Assembly (NCBI GenBank): GCA_002269645.1
Contig: NIVC01000020.1
Coordinates: 682,001-746,000 of the forward strand
Length of the DNA stretch: 64,000 bases
Origin: Macrostomum lignano
Taxonomy: Eukaryota
Reading direction: 5' to 3'
The notes under the pieces: generated by a model
Seen by the model: the letters and a program-made list of their open reading frames with translations, nothing else
What the model was told of the DNA's origin: nothing
Databases searched by the model: none
Part shown: positions 11,245 through 29,860 of the stretch, one piece after another
Layout of the letters: every line of letters starts with the position of its first letter
How positions within the stretch are numbered: the first letter of the stretch is position 1
Made by a program: the position numbers and the translations under genes

Positions 11245-12970
11245 AATTATTCTAGTCTCCAGCAATGCATAGAATTTTAAATTGTAGGCCTACTCTAGTA
11301 TATTGTTTTACTTCAAGTCTAACCCTATTCAATATTTAATTACAACATTGTATAAATTTAAGTATATATATTATATAGAAGATTTAAATACATTAAGACA
11401 AGTGGTTATTTTTTTGCTTTTTATTTGCCTAGTTAAAATCAAATTTTAATAGTTAAAATCACTAGAACTAAAACAATTTGATAGTCTATGCATTTAGATG
11501 CTAATTCCTACCAGTGTTTTACACAAAATTATTGTAACTCAAATTCATGCTGGGAGGAACAATTACTTTAATACGATTTACAGTTTTTCGCAGCCACGCT
11601 TTTTAAAAAAGCCGATTTTATTAGAAGTAAAAAACGGCAATGCAACTTTAAATCCGTAAGATTTAAAGCTCGCCAAGAATGTCTTTCGAGGATTATTGCT
11701 TTCGGTTTCGGAGTTTCATCTACACTAGGAGGCTTTTCATATTACCAATTCCAGAATCAGAATCGGTACGGATCTTCCAAGAAAAACAGCCGTATAACTA
11801 TTTAATTCTATTGAATGTTTGACTGCCTTAACAACCTCACTTAGCAGAATTTTTCACTTTCTTCTTGGCGATTGTCATTCAATAATAAAAACTTTATAGC
11901 ACGTATCTTCCTCTAGTTATGGAGACAAAAAGTTATGCTTCACAAATTGGTTCTGGTTCTGGAACCAGAACAAGCAATATGAAAAGGCCCTTGCTAACGC
12001 ATCAAAAATGCACAAATTCCAGTCAAGTTAAAACTTGTATTTATATTATTCATATGTATTATCCATTGGCGCAGTTTCAAAAAGTGGGAGGGGCATATCG
12101 CCCCACGCCCCCCCCCTTGTTCCTACGCCTATGGTGTATTCAGATCAAAGCAAAAGCATGAACTATTTCTATTTGGAAGGATTTCCGTTTTTACAACCAG
12201 GTCCGGCCAGCCCGGCCGCCCGTTCATTCCACTAATTTTTTGCTGAAAGAACCTGCATGTCATCTGCAGTGTGTGCTTGAGTTCGTCCTTGGTGCTTGAT
12301 TGATAAAAATGGTCTAAAAAGTTGTAAATTCTCTTTATTTTACTTTTGCGAGTCACAGGTACAATCTTTTTATAACATGTGTACTGTTGTGACTCGGCCT
12401 GCTGATCAAACTTGCTGTAGCATGCAGGCTCTCTTCAGCAGCGGACGAGCCTGATCGAGATATGATATCGCTTCAGTCCGCTGGCCGGACTGCATGACTT
12501 CAGTAAGTGAGCGTAAGGTCGAACACTCAACTGTTTTCTTTCTTCAGAGAACGGTGATTACAAACCACAGACATGAATCGAGACAGAGCGGGCGGCCAGA
12601 GCTTTTGCAGTGCGTTTACTAGCAGTTGACTGAGTTGTCCAGACAGGTTTTAAAAGCTATAGGCGCGTCATAGAAAAAAAATTATTTACATGTATTTCAT
12701 GGGACACCGCATCCCAAACCTCGATCTTTGGGTTTGAGATTAGGGCCACAAATGTTTTCCCGGCCCTTGTTGATTGGTCGCTACGAATCGCGTGGCGAGC
12801 GATAGGTAACGATAGCGAATCAAATCATAACTTGTGTAATTGGAGGAACGCAGAGCAGGCAGTCCAGCCCAATCACAACAGAATAATGGGGTGGGTCGGT
12901 CGCAGGGCTGGCGCGTAAACAACTTAGCATTTGGGGGTCATCACGCATACATGCAATGCGGGGGGGTATA

Positions 12971-13270
12971 TACAACAACAACAACAAACTACAGCAACCC
13001 TGGGCAAGCCAATTAAGCCTGGGTTGCTGTCAAAATGCGCGCGCAAGCACAGATTTGCGCAGAGTAGCGAGTCCGCGGGGGTCGGAGATTTCAGCGTCTC
13101 TTAAAAGCAGGTCGACGAAACGCAGACTTCTCGCCTGACCATCAAGCCGCCGCGGCCCTTGAAGGGATAGAAGCAGCACGTCTTGAAGCGGCTCACGGCA
13201 GTACTGCTCTGTCCGGATGACGTGGCCGCGGCCAGCTGTAGGCGCCGGATGCGCAGCAGCTGGCTGGGTC
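12971..13270 (-). mobile_element. Short 5'-truncated RTE-clade LINE copy
   Basis: Near-identical to the 3' end of the RTE at 50874-51810; (TTG)n tail; flanked by ggggggtata / ggggggtaca (candidate 10-bp TSD, 1 mismatch). Confidence 0.85.
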
Positions 13271-15876
13271 GGGGGGTACACGCATGTGAGGAAGGTGCAA
13301 TGACGAGTGCACCCGCGCGCACTGAGGGCTGAGTAGATCGCTCAACAGTGCAAGCGCACACTATGCACACAACACATGCAAGGACCACACGTAAAACAGT
13401 TTTATACTGTGGTTATTTACTCTTATACTCGTATATTTATTAACACACGTATATTTATGGATGACATTTAACTATATTTCGTGTTGTCAATTGAAATATT
13501 TTTTGCATAAAATTGACCCTTGTATACATGTATGTATCTAGCCTGCAGGGTGATCGATGATGTGTACACTGCAATGCCCCCACCTGGCAGAGTGAGTTGT
13601 TGAGTGAGTTAAGGCCGACATGTAAGTTTTCGTTTGTGTCGCCGCTCGCGGTTGCAACTAGATTCTTTTACATGAAGCCACGCTTCTACATGTACATTTG
13701 ATATTTATATTGCTTTAACTTTACTACTTGCGAGTAGGCATGGGTGCATGAACTTCTTTAGAAATTTTGTGGGGCCAGCATGCAGGCTTTTTGGAATAAG
13801 TTTAAGACAAAAAACATTTAGTTTACAGTCAATACGCTTTGAATAACGCGACGTCAACAACTGATTAGGCTTGACAAAAGGTATATTTTTTACTGCAGCA
13901 GCCCGGCCGCAATTGTCAGCAGTGAAAGAAGTTGAGCTCACTAGCGATCGGCTCTTAAGCGTCGAAAGTCGTACTAAGGCGAGCCCCAAATGTCCATTGA
14001 CAATCCATAGACAATAGACAGTTCATTGTTTGCATACACTAACGGTATTATTGTACGACTGTAAAAAGCCGCAACAATTTAGTACAGTTTATACATGTAC
14101 TGTTTACAGTCTACAGTTTACATGTATAAAACATTTATTTCATGTATTAAAACAGTATTTATTGTTTTAATGATACATGTAAAAAATAGAATCAATTATT
14201 CACACGGTTAATTCGAGGTCTCCCCGTACCAAACAAACCTGTTTAAATTGCGTTTTAAAGTTCAATAGCCCGAGTCTGACTCAGCTATACTGTGCCTCTT
14301 CATCGCTAAAAAGTTCCCAGTTAACATGGCCGAGCCTTAAGCTGATGAAGCTGGGGCCTAATACCGAGCTGCAGCGGCCCCCTCCGGCAGCAACTCCTGC
14401 TGTGCGACTCGGGGGACGCTGACTGCAGCGAAGTCCCCGCTGCTGCTGGCTGCTGCACAAGCCGACTTAAGTCAGTCACCGCAATGAATTTTTCATAGAG
14501 TTAATTACGCATTATTGTCGGCTTATGCGCCGCGTGTAAGTCGCTTTGAATTACCGTCACCCCCCGCTGCCCATCTCCGCCCGGACCGCCAGCCCCCGCC
14601 CCCGCCCGCTAAGCCGCGCGGAGGAGACGAAGTAAATGAATAAATAAATCAATAAATTATATTAGCGGCCTAATTTCATTTTCACATCGCCGGATCATTC
14701 GATGCTTTGGGAGGCTGGCAGCCCCTGCCTCATCCACTCCCGTCCGCCTCATCTCGGCCCCATTGCGCCTCGCGTTGCCAAGGACGCCTCGCAAGGACTA
14801 AGGGGATCGAGAAGCAAGAGAGAAAAACTTCCCCTATGCCTGTTAAGTCGCCTAAGTCGCAGGGTCTGGGAGAAGTAATCCTATCGAGCAACTACCGAAA
14901 TGCTCAAGGTGACCTAAAATTCAGTTGGCGAAAAAATTAAACAATAGGCAGTTTTTGCTCTCAATTGGGATCCGCCTCTTCACGTGCCAGGGGGTGATTG
15001 GCGCCCCCGTTCACCGTGTCACAATGGGAAACTGTGGTGGCAACTCAACCGAGACGAGTTCGAGCAAGCTCGGGAATCAGGGGGACCCTGCTCCCAATTA
15101 ATTGTTGAGGTGGGCGGCCCCGCGACCCCGCGGCTCAGTCGAGGGTTTCTCCGCGCCGGTCCGCTCGTTAATTGGCCGCGCAGTGAAAGCCGCGGGGCCC
15201 GGAAATCCCCGGCTTGATTGGGGAAAAGTGATTTTCTACTCAAAACTATTTGCCCGCTAATCACTGTTTATTCCCGAGCCACGGTGAGTGACGCCTCGTC
15301 ATTAATGCGTGTTAAACAGCAGCTCTTCATTAGCGATTGAGCTCAGACTCGCCAGGCTTTGTTTTGGGTTCCCCGCTGCTCCACTCAGCGCTGAGGGGAA
15401 GCTGGGAATGAGATGAAGCTAATGAGAAACAATTCATTCCATTCAATAAAACTGCTCGCCTCTCAGGGGCGGCCGGTCACGGAAGCAGTTTTTGTGTTTT
15501 TAGCAATGAGGCCATCGGTTGCATTGACCCTGCTGAGCTTTTCCAACTCTCGAGTGCTCAAGGCGGCCACTTCACACCGAATAACTCGGGCCTCTTGGTG
15601 CAGCAATTAGTGTTGCTTCTGCTTTTATTTCATAGAACAAGCTGATTGAAGAGAGTGGAGTGTACAGACTCAGGAGTCGAGGCTGGTGCCCCGCTAGCAT
15701 GCCAGTTCACAGGTGCAGCGGGCTTACAGGTGAATTGCACATAGGTGGGATGGGCCTGGCTGTCTATACAGTGCGTGCTGTGTGCGCAGGTGCGCAGGTG
15801 GTTGTGGGTGCTCAGTTTCTGTCGGACACTCAAGTTGAACGTCTGCCAAGCTGCGGTACAGCTGACTTCCAGACAG

Positions 15877-19555
<3,679 letters not shown>

Positions 19556-20547
19556 GTCGGCAGGCCTGCGGGAGCCGTGAAATCACGCACAAAACAGGAT
19601 GTAAAAAAGCAGCAAAAATAGACACAAAAATCCCCATCAGCCGCTGAAATTCGATAGTGGAGAAACCCGATTTCTGCTGCCAGCATTGGGGACTTAAAAG
19701 CTGTTTGCATTTCCGAATCGAATTCGGAGGCATCAGCCAAGGCCTGTCAATCCGCGCTGTCCACCCACCTGTCCGGCGGAGGAAATCTTACACCTGGAAA
19801 GAAGAAGCTGGAAAGTCGGCGGTCGCGGGCCTGGATGAAGCTGGGGGTGCCTTGACTTTCTGACTCCCGATGCCAAATCCCTCGGAGCACACAGACGCAG
19901 ACAGGCGCAGACAGGCGATCTTCAACTTACCGGATTTGAAGTCAGAGATCGGAGAGTGCCGGGAGGATCTGCTGTGGGGGCAGCTCGAGGCGTTGAGTTT
20001 TTGGCCGGCCGCCTCCCCTGCCGCGCCTCCTGATTAAATTGGCGGCCGGGCCGGGCGGGCCGGCCAATCAGCCAATCCGAGGTGGGGGGCCGATGAGCAA
20101 ATTTGAGCAAATCAAGCGGCTGGGCGGGGCTGGCAAATCGCGATTAGCCGCAGATTTCCTGCCCGGCTTCCTAAACAAATCACCGCGTAGTCGCGTTAGG
20201 GGACCGGCCGGAGTCCAATCTCGGCCAGGCGGCGGCCCGCTAATCTGATGAGGCGGTGAACCGGGCCTGTAATTGCATTCCTGCCGCACCGCCCGGCCGA
20301 AATTGGGAGGGGACGCCGGCGCCGATCGGATTTGAAACCGGGGCGCGAATTGCGGGCTGCCCGAGCGGGCGGCTCATGCGCAAATGTGATTTCTTGACGC
20401 CCCACAGAGCACCGGGCAGCAGGATGAGGCGGAGGCTGCGCCACCACTGGCAAGTAGACGTTGAGCCGCTCCCAACTCTGCACTCCTGTTTTAAAAGAAA
20501 TTCAAGCATTCTTATGTCTTTGACTCAACTGCTCCACTTTCCCATGA

Positions 20548-20836
20548 TGAAGCTACTCCACTTCCTATGAAGCTACTCCACTTCCTGTGAAGCTACTCCA
20601 CTTCCTATGAAGCTACTCCACTTCCTGTGAAGCTACTCCACTTCCTATGAAGCTACTCCACTGCCTGTGAAGCTACTCCACTTCCTGTGAAGCTACTCCA
20701 CTTCCTATGAAGCTACTCCACTGCCTGTGAAGCTACTCCACTTCCTGTGAAGCTACTCCACTGCCTGTGAAGCTACTCCACTTCCTATGAAGCTACTCCA
20801 CTGCCTGTGAAGCTACTCCACTGCCAATGAAGCTAC
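20548..20836. repeat. 20-bp minisatellite (gaagctactccacttcctRt)n
   Basis: Period 20 directly visible. Confidence 0.95.
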
Positions 20837-20865
20837 AGTGTTGACAAGCAGAGATAATCAGACAC

Positions 20866-21222
20866 GGACAGAGGCGGACAGAAGCGGACAGAAGTGGACA
20901 GAGGCGGACAGAGGCGGACAGAGGCGGACAGAGGCGGACAGAGGCGGACAGAAGCGGACAGAAGTGGACAGAGGCGGACAGAGGCGGACAGAAGTGGACA
21001 GAGGCGGACAGAGGCGGACAGAAGCGGACAGAGGCGGACAGAGGCGGACAGAAGTGGACAGAGGCGGACAGAGGCGGACAGAAGTGGACAGAGGCGGACA
21101 GAGGCGGACAGAAGCGGACAGAGGCGGACAGAGGCGGACAGAAGCGGACAGAGGCGGACAGAGGCGGACAGAAGCGGACAGAAGCGGACAGAGGCAGACA
21201 GAGGAGAGCAGAGGCAGACAGA
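20866..21222. repeat. 10-bp minisatellite (ggacagaggc / ggacagaagt variants)
   Basis: Period 10 directly visible; it explains the repetitive ORFs at 20838-21511. Confidence 0.95.
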
Positions 21223-22123
21223 GGCCTGTATCCACGTCCTCCTCAGGCAACCCCAACATTCTCAAATCCCAGGTGCTGTCCAAGTCCATCGATCCGAGCC
21301 GCTGAGCCGCTGGAGCGCCGCAGCCGCGAACATTCACCGCCACCGCGGACCCGAGGCCGCTGCCGTGACTCAGCAGCGGGGGGGGGGATTGAAATCCCGG
21401 GGCGGGCGGGGCTCAGGGTGGGCAGATTGGATGATGACATTTGCAAATCCCCTCTCAGGTAGAAAAGGCCTCGGGTCGCTGGGGATTTGGCCGGAGCTCC
21501 GAGCGGATTAGAAGGAAAACTTTATTACTGTCCATTTAATGGCAGATTACGGGAGCGAGCAGTGAATCAGAGATCATCAATAAGATCAAATTAATTCACG
21601 TGCAGCCACGGGATGAAGCAGGGAGGCTGGCACAGCGAGGGGCTGCAGAGAGGATGAGACCTGAGCTCGAACTCATCTACTAAGGCGGATTTGGGAGCTG
21701 GGGCAGGTTGGAGAATGGGAAGATCTCCCCAGACTCAGGTGGTGATGGGCTGGGACACAATTAAGATTAAAGGCGAGAGCCAGGGGATTTTGGACCCGGC
21801 TGAGCCGGGGCTGGCGCCAAATTGAACTGGGGGGGGGGGGGGGGGCGGTGTTTAGCGAAACTGTTCGACCAAGAAATTTGCCAGCGAGCGGCGGCGGGGC
21901 CGGGCGCGGCCACGGGCAGATGAGTTTCTGATGAAATTGTCTATCTGCAGGGCGCAGCCGGCCTGGCCTTGGGGAATTCCGCCTGCCGCTGCTGAAGGCG
22001 AGCCTGAAAAATCGCGGCACCAAACTCGAAGCGGCGACTGACTCGATTTCCGAATTCAATCGGCGGCCGCTGATGCCGGGATGGCGCTGGGAGACATCTG
22101 CTGGCCACGGGTCGGCTGAGGGC

Positions 22124-22789
<666 letters not shown>

Positions 22790-23565
22790 TCAGTCAGACA
22801 GACCCCGCACGCGATCCCCTCCGCCCCGTCACGCCTCGGCGGTCAGCGACAATCGGGCACTCCTGCTCCCAGATTTCGCCGACTCGAGCCCTCGATTTGC
22901 TTTCTAGGAAAGCAGTCTGCGTTGACAACCGAGCTGATGGGGTTTCCCGGCTCCCAGGGGACAGGGGAGAATTCGAGAATGCAGTTATGTGGTGGAGTGG
23001 ACATTTTTTTAAATAGAAAAGCAGAAGGCGGAGAAAGTGAAGGCTACAATCGAGTGAGCTCAAAATTCTCGAGAACTCAAAAGCAGATAATAATTTGAGG
23101 CTGGGATAGGCATGCTTGACAGGCGGGGGGGGGGTCGCCGACTCCGGTTGCGTAACCTGTGAGCTGAAGGCGGCAATTTTCTCAGCTGCCAGCCCCGCCC
23201 TCCATCACCGCGAGCTCTATGACTCTGAGCTGTTGCACCCTCCACGGCTCTGTTGCTTTCGATATTGTTCGAGCTCGGAGTTGAAAAATCTGTTGAAGCG
23301 GGGTGGCGGGCTTCTTGTAACAGATTTAACTGCCATTAACGAGCTCGGCACGAGGGGCTTCTTAATGGAGAAACATTTAATTGCTGGGGGAGGCTCGAAC
23401 TCAAACACGAGAGAATTCTGACGACCCTTATAACCTTTTTGCTACAGTTCCATTATTATGCTGGAGATTATTGAGTAAAGCAGTTCAAAATTGTAAAACT
23501 TGAAAATTCTTGAAGTTGAAGTCAGGAACGGCTCGGTAGCACCTTTTGGCTGGTTTTTTAATCAC

Positions 23566-23720
23566 CAAACAGACACCTACTTGGCGCCAGACACCTACTT
23601 GGCGCCCAGACACCCACTTGGCGCCAGACACCCATTTGGCGCCCAGACACCCACTTGGCGCCATACATCCATTTCGCGCCAGACACCCACTTGGCGCCAT
23701 ACATCCATTTCGCGCCAGAC
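23566..23720. repeat. Degenerate 16-17-bp tandem array (cagacacccacttggcgc)
   Basis: Directly visible; resembles a subterminal array of a DNA transposon. Confidence 0.7.
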
Positions 23721-25308
23721 GCTTATTTGCCGCACTTCAAATCCAGTCCCCGAGTCTGACAGGCGGAGATGAATTTCCAATGCCAAAACGTTACACTTTT
23801 CTATACCCCATTTATCCAAATCTCAAAATCATAATTTTAGCATTGCGGACTCACTGAGGCGATTGGGGCTGGAATGTAATAATTGCAATCCCAGCTATAG
23901 GCCTGCTTGAGTACAGTGTATCCAAACTGCTGCGAACTCAGCTTATTAATCCCCAGTTCAATACCGCCGCCATGCCTCTACAGGGAAGAGCAGCCATTGG
24001 CAAACAATCAAAACTGAATGCCCGCCTCAACCGATTGCGACAATTGTCTCAAATTGACAGGTGAGGTCGTGCACTCATTAGAATGCGTGTCGGGGTGGAT
24101 GGGGCTTGGGACTATGCGATGGAGCTCCTCGCAGACTCCCGGATCCCTGAGGCGTTTTTGATGGCGCTTGGGGGTCCCGCAGCGCACGTGGCCGCCGCCA
24201 CTTCAACTCGGGCGAGGTCTGTCGGGTCGGGAGAAAGTTCCTCTCGGCCCCCCGTCAGCATTATTTTTATAAATTTATCAATCTTGTTGGGAAATTTCTC
24301 CCAATAGATGCCCCGAGGCTGGAGCAGTTGAATAGAGAGATGGGAAGCAGAGGAGCCACCCGCTGAACTCAGGCGAGTTTAGTGGCTAATTTGCCAAAAA
24401 CAATCCGTTGAGTCGGACTCTTCCGTTTGATGAAGGATGCTGGGCGCAGTGAAACTCGTAGTGAAAAAATGATTTAAAAAATGCTAAGCTGCATTTATCG
24501 CAGTCGGCTGCGCTCCCAGTTTATTTGCTCCCGGCCCTCACTTGCACCACGGGATATCTGGCAAAAAACTGCTCTTCTTAGCGCGATGACAGCCGCCAGC
24601 AGATCATGCGGAAGGAAATTCCAATGCGCCCAAATTGATTGGCATCAGTGGGCGGGCGATCCCGGGATTCTATGGGCAAAAAGGGGATTTCGCACCGACT
24701 GAAGGCGCAGCCTCCGGCCGAGATCACAATCTTGATGGCGGAGCCTTTCTGGGCGTGGCCGCGTAAGAAAAAAAACAGGCATGCGATGAAGCGAGAAGCA
24801 GAATGTGTAACTTGATTTCCCCATCAGTCGGTTTTGCTGCTCGAAGTGAGACGATCTGAAAATTGAGTGAAGCGAGTGCCTTAACGGCCTTGCAGTTCCT
24901 TATCGATTCAGCTGGGAATGAATAAAATTGAGGCGCACATTAGCAAAAGCTGCAAAAGATGTAGAAGCGATTCAAATCAAATAGCCTGACGCCTGCAGTC
25001 TGCGGTATTTCGCACAATGGAGCAATAATGAGCGGCATTTCGAGCGGGCGTGGCATTTCAAACTGCTCGGAGTTATCCGTCAATTTTTTATTTTTTATCC
25101 CCACTTTGGGAGCCGCAATATTGACTTTAGAATTTTTGTGTCGCAAGTTGACACCGACAATTACTTCATCGTTTTGTCTTTTCGAAAGCTTTGCCCACTG
25201 ACTCAGAAATCGAGACTACTGCAGTATATATGATCTGTATAAATTATCTAAAAATCTTTAAGCTCTTGATCTGCTGCATGCCTTCAGTCATTTCTTTTTT
25301 GCCACAGA

Positions 25309-25543
25309 CAGGGGCGTCGCCATGGATTTTATGGTGAGGGGGGGACAAAGCCAAGAATTCTACATGTACGTGTCCATGACTACATTCCTACATGTACATT
25401 ATTTTCAGAATCGGTGTTGTCAGCGCTCATCATTTTTAGCGCCGCAGTCACTCATTTTAGCGCCACAGTCACTCATTTTGGCGTCGCAGTCACTCATTTT
25501 AGCGCCGCATTTAGTCCCTGTCCCCCCCCGGTGGCGGCCCCTG
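25309..25543. mobile_element. hAT-like MITE with internal 21-bp repeats
   Basis: Ends caggggcgtcgcca / ggtggcggcccctg; 8-bp flanks gccacaga / cacacaga (6 of 8). Confidence 0.6.
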
Positions 25544-25708
25544 CACACAGATATTTAGTTTACAGTTTGTTTTCAGGAGGCAAAGGCGGAGTTCAGCAAG
25601 CCCCGAGTAGTACAGTATGGAATTGAATATCTAAATATATATATATTTAAGCAATTATCAGTGCAGTGCAGTATACCTGCTAGCAGATACATACAGCATG
25701 TATGCGGT

Positions 25709-25751
25709 CTGCAATACAAGGACCTGCAATACAGTGGTCCTTGCTGCAATA
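25709..25751. mobile_element. Probable excision footprint of a CAAGG (P-like) element
   Basis: ctgcaata | caaggacc tgcaatac agtggtccttg | ctgcaata: an 8-bp direct repeat around 8 nt and 11 nt of the termini seen at 52139 and 52995. Confidence 0.7.
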
Positions 25752-28700
25752 CTGAAGGTCATCTGAAGGTAGCATCCTCTATTTTCCTTTGGCTTCAGCC
25801 GCAGTCTCCTGTCGTCCTGCCGTCAGTCATCCCGCATGACGATTCCTATACTGCAAAACCTTCAGGCTGCTGGACAACAGACTGGCAACAGCTAGCTGAA
25901 GACCTATTCAGGACAAATTATTTAGAGCTGATACATGTACATGTGCCTTCAATCCGGCAGGCTACACATGCAACATATCGAAGTAGTACATGTTAGCAAA
26001 TGCAATGTCAAATCCACTCCTTAGTACTTTTTAAGAGTACGGAAGGAAATTGGCAATGCAAAGTGTAAAAAAGCATTGAAGCTTGAGGGAAAATTTAAAA
26101 AGTTAAATATTGGTAAAGCATTGCTTTGCCCCATCTTGCAGTATTAAAATTTGTGACGCTAGCGTTAATTTTGGAAAAAAAGTATTCGTTTTTTACGATG
26201 TATTATTACTTTTTTAAATTAAGGAAATTTGGTTATTAAATGCAGTGGTGGAATTTTTCTAATACTAATAATTCTATTACAGTAAGTCGTATATAAAACG
26301 ATTTTCTAATTGCTTTGACCATGTTTCCAAGTTTTTATACTACTTACTCACGCTGCAGTTAGGTGCGAATTCGAAATGCTTATACATGTGTACATTGTAT
26401 AACTTACAATACATTGAATAATGAATGCAATATACAATGCATGAATCATTAATCATTAATGCAAGTCAGCAAGGATGCCATAACTATGTAAAAATAAAAA
26501 GTAATTTAGTCACAGATCAGGCCTTTTACCCTAACTTCAGCCTAAAAAGCTTTGAAGAGATATAATCAAACAAAGTAGAACTGTAGAATTAGGATTATTA
26601 TAATGGGCTATTCTATATGAAAGATTCCTGTGTTGGGTTGAGTGGCATTGCTATAACTGTCTAGTCTCTAGACTAGAGTCTTGTCTAGACCTATTTAATA
26701 TATTAGGCCATAATTAAGCTAAACCTACACTTAAATACTTAATTTTCTAAAGTCTAAATAATAAATTAAATAATAAAAATAAAAAACATGCCATGTTTTA
26801 GTTACATTGTATTGGTTTAATAAAACATCAAACTAGGCTTGATGCATTAGTTAATTAAAACAATATTGCTAAAGTAGTATAGGCACCTTTAAAAAATAGA
26901 TATAGACAATATAAAATGTAAGTGTAATATACTGAAATCTAGCAGTCTATTAAAATTTTTGAAATATATTATTATATGTTTTCTGATTTTGAGCCTTTGA
27001 TATTTTATTTTCTTTGCCTTCTACTTCGATATTTGTATATATATTTGTAATAAAAAGGGTGAGAATTGGTGAGACAGTCTCAAATTTGAACCAATTTTAA
27101 AATTTAATGTTATTGTTATAATTTATAATAAATACAATCTACAATGCATAAATGATAAATGATAAATAGAAATAAATAAAAAAATATATATAAAAGCTCT
27201 CAAGTTATTTTTTTATGCATTATGATAATTTTATATAATTCTCTATTGTTTTTTAGTCAAGAATAACATTTATAATAAATGTTTTCAAAAGCTTTAAATT
27301 ATAATTTATAGAGCAAATATGATATAAATTATAGAATACAATTATATAAAGTATATTAGCTATCATAAAAATGTTGTCAACTACAATTGTGTAATGATAA
27401 CTATGACAACTATGATAACTATGATATTAACTATGATTATGATTATATAACTGGCCAGCTATCAGTCATTTCAACAAGAAGTCACTTTGCTGACAACAAG
27501 AATTGATATATTCTAAATAATTCGGCTAAATAATTAATGGACTATATTACATAGACTTAGACCCAAACCAATATCCAATTTAAAACTTTTATTGATTTTA
27601 ACACATTAAAGTTCAAGTTTGTTCAAAGTCCATAAAATATATAGTCTGGTCTATAAATTAGATAATATCAAAATGGCTTTAGCCTAGGTCCAAGACTGAG
27701 TGTATAAATTAACTATACCAGAGAATTTGCAGAAATGGCTTAACATTATTGCTAGAATGACTGTCACCAAAATGTTTTGTTATTGAAGTGTCCACTGCCA
27801 AAATGTCTTGTTGCCAAAATGACTAGTAGCCAACATCAACACTGAATATTATACAATAAGCCAAAGAAGTAATTAAAATTAAGCACAAGTTATTCCAAAG
27901 ATGTTGCTTGCTATTGATATAGTCAAGCTAGCCAAAACAAGTGTGATTTATGCTATCTATCCATTATACTAATTAGGCCCTAGTTAGAATATTTAAACAA
28001 GTGAAAAGCAAGCTTTAGTCTAGATTATAGATCATAGTTCAAATTTAACAGTTTGCAATGTCACTTTTTGGAATAATTTATAATGGTAGACTTGGTCACT
28101 TTCTTTTCTAACCTCTTCTAAAACTTTAATTGCCAACTCTCTTTCTTTTGCTAGCTTCATTTATCTAATTCTTTTCTTGCTGCTTATCCAAGTGTGGCTA
28201 TTAAAGCTCTATGCCAAGCATAAAAGTCAATATTGATATACATGTCAAAAATGAAAATATTTTTATAAGTCAATTGGTTGCTTTCAAAAAGGCTCAAGTA
28301 AGTAGATAACAATCAATATATAGATTATTTTTTCTTTGGAAAAAAGCCTATAAGATCAGAAAAGACACACTATTTCTACATTTTTATACGATATTAAGAG
28401 AGCAATAAGTACTAATTTGTACAACCTATAATGCCCAAATGTATTTCTTTCCTCTAAAGTATTGTTTTTCTTTCCTACCTTTGCTTTTACCTTTCTTTTT
28501 ATAGTCAAATAATTTTTTAGAATATACAACTTGTTAGCAATCTTTCTTATTTTCCTTACTTTGTCTATTTACATACTAACCACCTAGTTCAAAATACTTA
28601 CTTTACCTTATAATGATTGTGGACAATCAAAACTAGTTGCAAATGATCTGTTTCTCATTGTTTTTCCTTTTTAATGTTTTCAATTTCAATTTAGGGGAGC

Positions 28701-29619
28701 TGAAGTCCTTAGGATTGGAGAGGTAAACAACAGAGAGGTTTAGAAAGTTTGAATGCTATGTGCACATTGTGGTTGGTTAATAATGGGTTCTAATGTCAAT
28801 ATGAATGTTTTCACTTTTAATTCAGGGGCTCTTAAATCCCTATAGATAGTTTATTTGTTCAGATACAAATGTGGATATGGAAAGGCTATGGGATAAATTT
28901 TAAGATATTGCTACACTTGATTAATAGCCATAATAATAGCTATAACAACTGTAGTTATTAATAATAGCTATATTTATTATCAATAAAACTGTCCAATATC
29001 TAATATGCTATATAAATTTTCTATTAATACCAATTACACATTTGTGTTTGACATATATTTTTTTCTATAGTAATATTGTCTTAGAACATGTCTTTACTCC
29101 TGGCTTATCAAGATTTCATGATAGTTGTAAGTCATTTTTATTCATTAATTAAATCAACAATAAATTTGTAGCAAAGAAGTATTTTGTATAGTGCTTAAAA
29201 CTAAGATAAATATTAAAATCTTGTTTATATAAATAAATTTGGCTAATGCAAAAATCCTTAATGCAGAAATTTAAATTAAAAATTAAAGTCTGCTTTTCAG
29301 ATATGCCAATTAAATTGTTTAAGTCCTTTTTTCATTTTCAATATTACTTTTTCTGAAAATTATAAACTGGTGCCACAAAAGTCAGAGTGTCATCAATTAC
29401 TAACTCAAATATTTTAGGGCTAGGCTAGTTATTTTGATAAAATCAATATATTGCCATTAGCTTTTAGTATCATAAATAAGTTTAATGCTTGTTTTCTGTT
29501 TATATCAAACCAAGGAACTTGGCATTTTGCTCTTGTAGTCAGGCTTAACCAGCCAGTTAGAGATTTGCATTCCTAATATTGCTGACCCACTTGAAGTACA
29601 TGGGAAGCCTGAACCTGAG

Positions 29620-29860
29620 GTGCAGAGCAGCCCAGCGCCGGCACACTTCAGTCTCAAGCCAAAGTTCCCAGGGTTCGATTCCACCCCGCGTGCGGCCACT
29701 TCTATTTGGAGCTCAGTGCAGTTCTCGCCAGTGAGGGTGATTCCCAAAACCCTGGTTGTTTGTACATGTCTGAAGATAGGAAACCCAGGGTCGCTGTACA
29801 CCTTGTGTACACGTGCGTGCTCAGTGATTAAGCGGAAAAACCATGGCTGCTTGCCTCCTC
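29620..29860 (+). mobile_element. tRNA-derived SINE-like element just upstream of the KH gene
   Basis: B-box GGTTCGATTCC at 29672-29682 after a degenerate tRNA-like segment; no closing acceptor stem. Confidence 0.45.

Noticed and set aside
11600-12950. Protein-like fragments on the minus strand and a CCAAT/E2F-like promoter patch near 12770-12920
   Set aside because: Frames are short and interrupted with no recognisable family; I cannot link the patch to a gene.
20838-21511. Repetitive ORFs (TEADRGGQRR etc.), also those at 32728-33017, 36240-36665, 46668-47308, 54603-55523 and 57936-58596
   Set aside because: Translations of stop-free minisatellites; open in several frames at once, mostly intronic, no splice support.
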